Shown here: positions 19,432-27,200 of the stretch, piece by piece | Layout of the letters: each line of letters begins with the position of its first letter | Position numbering within the stretch: the first letter of the stretch is position 1 | NCBI GenBank assembly: GCA_017467265.1 | Contig: JAFTSO010000050.1 | Coordinates: 11,532-75,531 of the forward strand | DNA: 64,000 nucleotides | Direction of reading: 5' to 3' | DNA from: Clostridia bacterium | GTDB lineage: Bacteria > Bacillota > Clostridia > Christensenellales > Borkfalkiaceae | Position numbers and translations under genes: made by a program | Notes under the pieces: generated by a model | Told to the model about the DNA's origin: nothing | The model's input: the letters and a program-made list of their open reading frames with translations, nothing else | Databases searched by the model: none

Positions 19432-20430
19432 ATGGTTAAATACATAGTAAAAAGATTGCTGATGTCGATTTTGATCTTGTTCGGCGTATCGATTAGTATT
19501 TATTTCTTGGTTCTCTTGATGCCGACAGACTTTGTCGATCAAAAATTTGCCTCGCAGATCGCGCAAGGCACGATGGACAAAGCCGCTATTCAAGAGATGA
19601 AGGAAAAATACGCCTTGGCGGACAAATCGTTTGTGGGCATCCTGAAAGGCTATACCAAATGGCTGGGTGGCGTATGCACGGGGGATTTGGGCAGATCGTT
19701 CAAATACGACGCTCCCGTTACGACCGTCATCGTAGAAAATATGGGCATTTCGTTCGGGATCTCCTTTGTGGCACTCGTGTTGCAATTTGTAATCGCGATC
19801 CCCTTGGGGATCAAAGCGGCGTATCATCAATACGGTAAAATCGATTATACGGTGACCGTGTTGACGATGATGGGTATTTCGTTGCCTACTTTCTTCTTGG
19901 CAACGCTCTTGATTCAGGTGTTCTCAATCAATCTTGGCTGGTTCCCCGTAAACGGTTTGGTCACGGCGAATTTGCCCGTAGATACCACGCCGTTTATGCG
20001 GTTTATGGACGAAGTTTGGCATCTCGTTTTGCCGATGACGACGCTCGTAATCCTGTCCATCGGCGGTTTGATGCGCCACACCCGTACGAATATGCTGGAA
20101 GTGCTCAATGCCGATTATATCCGTACTGCAAGAGCGAAAGGCTTGTCTGAAAGAACGGTCGTGTATAAGCACGCGTTCAAGAACACGATGATTCCTATCG
20201 TCACGATGACGGCAGGGATTATCCCCAGCCTGTTCGGCGGTGCGATGATTACGGAAACGGTATTCGGTATCCCCGGTATTGGTAAAATGGCGTACGACGC
20301 CTTGAAACTCGGCGACGTTCCCTTCGTTATGGGATACAATATGTTCCTTGCTATCTTGACGGTAATCGGGACGTTGTTGTCCGATTTGATGTATATGGTC
20401 GTTGACCCTCGCGTCAAGCTGACGAAGTAA
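19432..20430 (+). CDS. ABC transporter permease, OppB/DppB-like
   Basis: N-terminus MVKYIVKRLLMSILILFGVSI is typical of the family. Multi-TM protein with the EAA-type loop region (ADYIRTARAKGLSERTVVYKHAFKN). Confidence 0.9.
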   Translation: MVKYIVKRLLMSILILFGVSISIYFLVLLMPTDFVDQKFASQIAQGTMDKAAIQEMKEKYALADKSFVGILKGYTKWLGGVCTGDLGRSFKYDAPVTTVIVENMGISFGISFVALVLQFVIAIPLGIKAAYHQYGKIDYTVTVLTMMGISLPTFFLATLLIQVFSINLGWFPVNGLVTANLPVDTTPFMRFMDEVWHLVLPMTTLVILSIGGLMRHTRTNMLEVLNADYIRTARAKGLSERTVVYKHAFKNTMIPIVTMTAGIIPSLFGGAMITETVFGIPGIGKMAYDALKLGDVPFVMGYNMFLAILTVIGTLLSDLMYMVVDPRVKLTK

Positions 20431-20442
20431 GGAGGTGCTGAA

Positions 20443-21510
20443 ATGGAAGAAGAAAAGAAGATGATAGAGGAGCAGGCTGCTCCCGTACAACAGGAAACGA
20501 AGGAAGAAGGATTCCTTGCAGATAATATCCGTGTCCTTTCGCCTGGGAAACTCGTCGCAAGACGTTTTTTCCGTTCCCGTTTGTCCATCGTTGGTTTGGT
20601 GGTGATTCTGTCGCTGTTCTTGATCTCGTTCATTGGGCCTATTTTCTCGCGTTGGGGCGAGAAAACGCAGGATCTTTCGGGCGGCGCGGCGATCCACGGC
20701 GTCACGGGCTTTGAATTCAAAGTGCCTGATAGCGACGAAGTTATCCACGCGTATATTGAAACGATTTCCTATCCGCAGTTGAATAAAAACCAAACGTCGC
20801 CTTCTGCCGATCATTGGCTGGGTACGGACGATATGGGTATGGACATTTTTACCCGACTTATGTACGGCGGACGTATTTCGTTGACGCTGGGCTTTATCGT
20901 TATCATACTCGAAACAATCATAGGTATTATCCTAGGCGGTTTGGCAGGGTATTTCGGAAAATGGGTAGATAACATCATTATGCGTATCGTTGATATTTTG
21001 AGCTGTATTCCGTCGTTGCCGATCATGCTGATCATCAGCGTTGTTTTGGATTCGAACGGCGTACCGGGGCGATACAAAATCTATTATATGATGGTCATGA
21101 TGACGGCGCTAGGCTGGTCAGGTATAGCTCGTCTTGTTCGCGGTCAGATCCTTATGCTGCGAGAGCAGGAATATATGGTGGCGGCAGAGGCGTGCGGTAT
21201 TCCCGTAAGACAGCAGATTTTCAAGCATCTCGTTCCGAATATTATGCCGCAGCTGATCGTGACGATGACGTTGGGCTTGGGTTCGATTATTTTGACGGAA
21301 GCAACGCTGAGTTTCTTAGGCTTGGGCGTAGAATATCCCAGCGCGTCGTGGGGCACGATGATCGAAGCGGGCGCAAATCCCGACGTTTTGCGTAGCGGCT
21401 ATTGGAATATGTGGATTCCTGCGGGTATATGTATCGTTTTGGCGGTACTCGCGTTCAACTTTATCGGCGACGGATTGCGTGACGCGTTCGACCCGAAAAT
21501 GAAGAGGTGA
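20443..21510 (+). CDS. ABC transporter permease, OppC/DppC-like
   Basis: Multi-TM protein with the motif HWLGTDDMGMDIFTRLMYGGRISL and the EAA-type loop MVAAEACGIPVRQQIFKHLVPN. GGAGG lies upstream. Confidence 0.9.
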   Translation: MEEEKKMIEEQAAPVQQETKEEGFLADNIRVLSPGKLVARRFFRSRLSIVGLVVILSLFLISFIGPIFSRWGEKTQDLSGGAAIHGVTGFEFKVPDSDEVIHAYIETISYPQLNKNQTSPSADHWLGTDDMGMDIFTRLMYGGRISLTLGFIVIILETIIGIILGGLAGYFGKWVDNIIMRIVDILSCIPSLPIMLIISVVLDSNGVPGRYKIYYMMVMMTALGWSGIARLVRGQILMLREQEYMVAAEACGIPVRQQIFKHLVPNIMPQLIVTMTLGLGSIILTEATLSFLGLGVEYPSASWGTMIEAGANPDVLRSGYWNMWIPAGICIVLAVLAFNFIGDGLRDAFDPKMKR

Positions 21511-21516
21511 TCGGAA

Positions 21517-22833
21517 ATGGCGGAAAATAAACACGTGCATCGCATTAGCGCCAAGGAATTGCGCGCAACAGCGAAGCAAAATATAAAAATCACCAAGCGT
21601 TATGAAAAGCTGAAAAAACGTAAATATATCCCCGAGAGCGAATACGTGACGGAGATGAAAGACAGTAATAACGTTCTGGAAATCGAAAATTTACACACCT
21701 ATTTCTTTACGGACGTGGGTACGGTTAAGGCAGTCAACAGTGTTTCGTTCAACATACCGCAGGGGGCTACCGTCGGCATCGTCGGCGAGAGCGGCTGCGG
21801 TAAGAGCGTGACGTCGCTCTCGGTAATGGGCTTGGTACAAGGCCCTACTGGGCAGGTCGTTGACGGCGAAATCCGTTTTAAGAGCGAAGTGTTAAAGACG
21901 GACGAAAAAGGGAAATATATCCCCGTTTACGAGCTGGACGAAAACGGCGAGAAGATCGTGCTCTCCGAAAAGATTAACAAGCGTACGGGCGAAAAGATCG
22001 TCACGTACAAACAAAAACAGGACGAAACGGGCGGCTATATCTTTGAAAAAGAATCGAAAGTATATAATTTGGTGCGTGCGCCGAGAAGCGAGCTCGCCAA
22101 AATTCGCGGCAGAGAAATCGCGATGATTTTTCAAGAGCCGATGACTTCGCTCAATCCCGTGTTCACCATCGGACAGCAGCTCGACGAAGTGTACCTGCTG
22201 CACAATCCCGGCGTATCGAAAGAGGGTGCGAAAGCGCGTACGTACGATATGCTCAAACTGGTAGGGATTATCCCCGAAAACGTTTACACCCGTTATCCGC
22301 ACGAGTTGTCGGGCGGTATGAGACAAAGAGTCGTGATCGCGATGGCGTTGATGTGCAATCCGCGCCTGATCATCGGTGACGAGCCGACGACGGCGCTGGA
22401 CGTGACGATTCAGGCACAGATCTTGGAATTGTTGCGCGACATCAAAACGAAAATCAACGGTTCGATTATGCTCATCACGCACGATTTGGGCGTGATTGCG
22501 GAGATGGCGGATTTCGTCGTCGTTATGTACGCAGGCAGAGTGATCGAAACGGGTACGGCGATGGAGATTTTCTGCAATCCTTTGCACCCGTACACCATCG
22601 GTCTGCAAAAGAGCAAGCCCGTCGTGAACCAAAACAAAGAACGTCTGTACAGTATCCCCGGCAACGTTCCCAACCCCATCGAAATGCCTACGCATTGTTA
22701 TTTTAAGGACCGTTGCGATCGCGCTTGTGAAAAGTGCTCGGGCGAATACCCTGCATACGTGCAGGTATCTCCGACGCATACCGTAGCTTGCTATCTGTAT
22801 CAGGATCAGAAAAAGGAGGGAGCAGATGTCTAA
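21517..22833 (+). CDS. ABC transporter ATP-binding protein, OppD/DppD-like, with an N-terminal extension and an insertion after Walker A
   Basis: Walker A GESGCGKS, signature LSGGMRQR, Walker B LIIGDEPTTALD, H-loop ITHDL. About 55 extra N-terminal residues, plus an extra Lys/Glu-rich segment (KSEVLKTDEKGKYIPVYELDENGEKIV...) before the Q-loop (IAMIFQEP). Cys-rich C-terminal tail. GAGGTGA lies upstream of the ATG. Confidence 0.9.
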   Translation: MAENKHVHRISAKELRATAKQNIKITKRYEKLKKRKYIPESEYVTEMKDSNNVLEIENLHTYFFTDVGTVKAVNSVSFNIPQGATVGIVGESGCGKSVTSLSVMGLVQGPTGQVVDGEIRFKSEVLKTDEKGKYIPVYELDENGEKIVLSEKINKRTGEKIVTYKQKQDETGGYIFEKESKVYNLVRAPRSELAKIRGREIAMIFQEPMTSLNPVFTIGQQLDEVYLLHNPGVSKEGAKARTYDMLKLVGIIPENVYTRYPHELSGGMRQRVVIAMALMCNPRLIIGDEPTTALDVTIQAQILELLRDIKTKINGSIMLITHDLGVIAEMADFVVVMYAGRVIETGTAMEIFCNPLHPYTIGLQKSKPVVNQNKERLYSIPGNVPNPIEMPTHCYFKDRCDRACEKCSGEYPAYVQVSPTHTVACYLYQDQKKEGADV

Positions 22834-23881
22834 TCAAGTAGAAGAAATGCAAAACGAAGTCGCTCCTTCCGTAGCGGAACAGGCGACGGCAAATACGCCG
22901 ATTTTGGAAGTACATAACTTAAAGAAATACTTCCCCGTAGAATCGAACTTTTTCGGCAAACCGACGAGATATCTTCGCGCGGTGGACGACGTTTCGTTCA
23001 CGCTGCAAAGGGGTAAAACGATCGGTATCGTCGGGGAGTCGGGCTGCGGTAAAACGACGATGGGCAGAAGTATTTTGAAACTGCACGACATTACGGGCGG
23101 ACAGATTTTGTTCGACGGCGAAGATATTACGAAATACACGCGTTCGCAGATGCGTCCTTTCCGTAAGCGTATGCAGATCATTTTCCAAGATCCGTATTCT
23201 TCCCTGTCGCCACGATTGAACATCGGTGAAATCATCGGCGAAGCGGTGAAGGTGCACAACATTGTGCCTGCGAGCAAGCACAAGGAATACGTGCGCGAAA
23301 TTATGCAAAAATGCGGTCTGCAATCGCATTTCTACGATCGCTACCCGCACGAATTTTCAGGCGGTCAAAGACAGCGTATTTGTATTGCGAGAGCGATCGC
23401 TCTGCAACCGGAGCTGATCATCTGCGACGAGCCGGTGTCGGCACTCGACGTTTCGATACAGGCGCAGATTATCAACCTTTTGAAAGATATGCAAAAGGAA
23501 ATGAACATCGCATACGTGTTCATTTCGCACGACCTTTCGGTGGTCGAGCATATTTCGGACGAAATCGCGGTAATGTATCTGGGGAATATGGTGGAGAAAG
23601 GTCCGAAAACGAACATTTTCGCCAACCCGTTGCACCCTTATACGCAGGCGTTGTTCAGCGCGATCCCCAATCCCGATCCGCGAGTGAAAATGCACCGTCA
23701 GATTTTGAGAGGGGATATTCCCAGCCCGTCCAACCCGCCCTCGGGGTGTAAATTCCATACCCGTTGCGAAAAATGTATGGAGATCTGCAAAACGCAAGTC
23801 CCCGTTTCGCGCGAGGTAGAGCCCGAGCATTTCGTTGCTTGTCATTTGTATAACGACGCAAAGGGAAATGCCGATGAATAA
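22826..23881 (+). CDS. ABC transporter ATP-binding protein, OppF/DppF-like
   Basis: Walker A GESGCGKTT, signature FSGGQRQR, Walker B LIICDEPVSALD, H-loop ISHDL. Cys-rich C-terminal tail (CKFHTRCEKCMEICK...VACHLY). 8-nt overlap with the upstream ATPase gene. Confidence 0.9.
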   Translation: MSNQVEEMQNEVAPSVAEQATANTPILEVHNLKKYFPVESNFFGKPTRYLRAVDDVSFTLQRGKTIGIVGESGCGKTTMGRSILKLHDITGGQILFDGEDITKYTRSQMRPFRKRMQIIFQDPYSSLSPRLNIGEIIGEAVKVHNIVPASKHKEYVREIMQKCGLQSHFYDRYPHEFSGGQRQRICIARAIALQPELIICDEPVSALDVSIQAQIINLLKDMQKEMNIAYVFISHDLSVVEHISDEIAVMYLGNMVEKGPKTNIFANPLHPYTQALFSAIPNPDPRVKMHRQILRGDIPSPSNPPSGCKFHTRCEKCMEICKTQVPVSREVEPEHFVACHLYNDAKGNADE

Positions 23882-24206
23882 CACCGAAAAGGGAACTTTG
23901 GGAAACGAGGAAGAAAAGAAAGATCTGGAACAGGAAGCGCAAACGCGCGAAGAACAGGACGAAAAGCCCGAAAAGGAAGAGATTATTTACATTGACGATC
24001 ACCACACCGTTGCCGATATGAACGTCGAGGGTTTGCCTTGGTACGTAAAGGGCGGTCACAATCGTGAAAAGAAAGTAAACAAACTCTCGTTCAAGGAAAA
24101 ATTCGCCATTGTTTTCGGCGCGTACCGCGCTTATCTTCCGATCATTTTGGCAATAGGTAGCGGATTTTTGTTCGTATTTTTGTTGCTGAAATTGATTTGG
24201 GGCTAA
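23874..24206 (+). CDS. Small hypothetical protein: acidic Glu/Lys-rich N-terminus and a single C-terminal TM helix
   Basis: The ATG at 23874 overlaps the OppF-like stop (ATGAATAA). 110 codons. The C-terminal hydrophobic stretch is AYLPIILAIGSGFLFVFLLLKLIWG. I recognise no family. The ORF track lists a longer version starting at 23835. Confidence 0.5.
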   Translation: MNNTEKGTLGNEEEKKDLEQEAQTREEQDEKPEKEEIIYIDDHHTVADMNVEGLPWYVKGGHNREKKVNKLSFKEKFAIVFGAYRAYLPIILAIGSGFLFVFLLLKLIWG

Positions 24207-24213
24207 CGTTTGG

Positions 24214-27200
24214 ATGTTGATTATGCAATGGAAAAAACTTAAAAACATACTGTTAAAAACGGCGATCGGCTGTGTGGTATGCGGCGCTCTGGGCGTTGCG
24301 GCACGCAACCTGCCGTTTTTAACGCAAACACAGGCAGAGGAAAACGTTTTGGCGACCTCTGCTTTGCCTTTTGACCAAGAGCCGCTCTTGCCGTCAGGGA
24401 CGGCGGAAGGGGCGTTTTCGGATACGTACGCGGCGAACCAAGAAAAATATCTGTATTCGCGTATCGGGCTGCAAAAGGACGGCGTGTCCGTGCGCGATAT
24501 TACCAAAGGAGCAACGGAAAAGCACCGTTCTCGCGTTGTCGTGATCGACAGCGGCGTGAAATACGATCACGAAGATTTTTTGGCGGCGGACGGCTCGATT
24601 CGGTTTAGTCCGCTCAGCTATAACGTGACGATGAAAAAGACGGTGGCAGAGGCAGGCTATGAGATTTTGGCGGACAGCGAAATCGTCAACGGACACGGCA
24701 CGCAGGTATGCGGTCAGATCTTCGCGGTGGGCGATAACGGCGTCGGGATCGCAGGGCTGGCGGAAGACGTCGAGCTGATTTTCGTCAAGGTCACCCCCAC
24801 TTCGGAAGGCGGCTACGACGGGTATGAGATGTTGGAAGCGATGGAATATGCCGCAACGCTGAACGCCGACGTTGTCAATATGTCCTTGGGCAACTTTTTG
24901 ACGAACAACCCCTATGCGACCGTTCTGCGCAGAATCCGCAACAGCGGCGCGGTGATCGTGTCAGCCGCAGGCAACGTTTCGAAGAGTGATTTACATTATC
25001 CGTCCGCGGATAACAGCGTAATCGGGGTGGGTGCGTTTACCAGCCTTTTGAATTACAGCGAAAGCGCGACGGAATATCCCTTGGCATCCTATTCGACGTT
25101 TGGGGATAAGAACGTACAGATTTGCGCGCCAGGCGGTTTTTACACTACGAAGATGGACGGGGGGTATGCCTACGGCAACGGCACGTCCTTGGCAACGCCG
25201 ATCGTCACTTCGGCGGTAGCGCTGTACCGTTCGCTCTATCCCGAATCCACGGTCGAGGAAGTGGAGGCGGCTCTCTTCGCATCTGCGAACGATCAAGGGG
25301 ATAAGGGCAAAGATTACAAATACGGCTACGGCGGTTTGAACGTGTACGATTTCCTGTTCGGGGAAAAGGGCACGGTCACGTTCGATTACGGAACGGGCAA
25401 AACGGAAACGCGCGCGATTTGCAAAGGAAAGGCGCTGCAAGAATATCCCTTCCCCAGCGTTTCGGGCGCGCCGACGGGTAAAGAATTCGGCGGTTGGTAT
25501 TTGGACGTAGGGCGTACGCGTCCGTTGACCTATTACAAAGAAAATTTGACCGACGGAGCGACGGTATATGCAAAATGGCAGGACGTAGGGGCGGACGGGC
25601 TTTCGCGCGGCGAGGCGCAGGGCGTCGGCGCGCTCGATTATACGTTCACGACGAGTGGAAATATTGCGATTAAAGGGTACTATGGCGGCGGCGAGCGTAT
25701 TATTTTGCCAAACATGCTGACGGTGGAAGGCAGGGAGTATAGCGTGACGGAGATCGCAGCAAGAGCCTTCCAAAAACACGCGACGTTGACAAAGATTGTT
25801 CTGCCGACGACGGTGACGACAGTGCGCGAATACGCATTTGCGGACGATTACGAATACGTATATCTCCCGTCCACTGTAAAAAAGGTGGAAAAGCACGCCT
25901 TTGAGAACGCGGAAACCGTTTTGTATTTGCCAACGGAAGACGGCACGGAGAGCTTTACCATCGGCTGGAATACAAACGCTACGTTGACGACGGTGACGGG
26001 CGTGGAGCAGGTGACGATGCAGGACGGGTTGGAGCTGGTACTCCAAAACGGCGCATATACGTTGCTTGGATATGAAGGGCAGGAGAGAGAAATCGATTTG
26101 ACGGCGGAATATCCGATTATCGAGATTGCGCCGCATGCGTTTGAAAACAACGGCTATATCCAGAGCGTTTCCGCGCCTGACGTGGTGACGATCGGGGACA
26201 GAGCGTTTTACGGCTGCACCGCCTTGACGGAAGTAAAAATGCCCAAGGTGGAAACGATCGGCAATTCGGCGTTTTATAGCTGCGGTGCGTTGACGTACCT
26301 GCAATTCCCTAAAACGCTGCGCGAGATCGGGGATTCGGCGTTCGCAAAAAACGCGTCGTTGTTCCGCTTTGCAATGCCCGACGGCATTGTGCTGGAAAAA
26401 ATCGGGGATTATGCCTTTGAGGGCTGTACTTCGCTCGAATATATAGATTGCAGCAACGCGCAGACATTGACGTACGTGGGCGCAAATGCCTTTTTTGGCG
26501 CGAAAAACGTGTTCGTTGCATATTTACCCGACTCGGTGCAAACGATCGGTTATAACGCGTTTGGCGGCTTGCAATCGCTGCATGCGGCAAGATTGCCTTT
26601 CCTTGGCAGGGGCAGAACGGATACCTATACGCATTTTGGGTACGCGTTCGGTGCGAGCAATATCGAACTGCAAGGCTCGGTTGTTTTAGAGAATTTGCAA
26701 TCTCTCTTTATCGGCGGCGATGTGCAGGACGGCGCGTTGAAGGGCGTTAGCGGCTTGACGATTTTTGCGGAAGGGCGCTGCTCTGCTGTGGACGGTTGCA
26801 CCGTGTACGAGGGGGGCAGGTACGCGTTTATTCGTATGTATGCAGACGAAATTCTCGTTGGATTGCTTGGCGGCGAAGAGGGCGTGGAAGTGTCGGCGGC
26901 GACTTTGCAATCGGCGTTCCGTATGCCGCAAGGCTATCGAGCAACGGGCTGGAGTGCGGACGTGTCCGTGTTCCCTGCGACGGGCGAGCACGTTTGGACG
27001 ATGACGGCGGATATGGAAGAATACGCGATCGTGTTTCAAGACGAAACGGGCAAAGTGCTCTCCGAGCAAACGCGCGTGTTCGGCGAAAGACCGACAGAAC
27101 CGACTGCGCCGACAAAGGCGGCTACGGCGCAATACGAATATGTATTTACAGGCTGGAACGCGCCCGTTGCGCCTGCGACGGAGAACGTCGTTTATACGCC

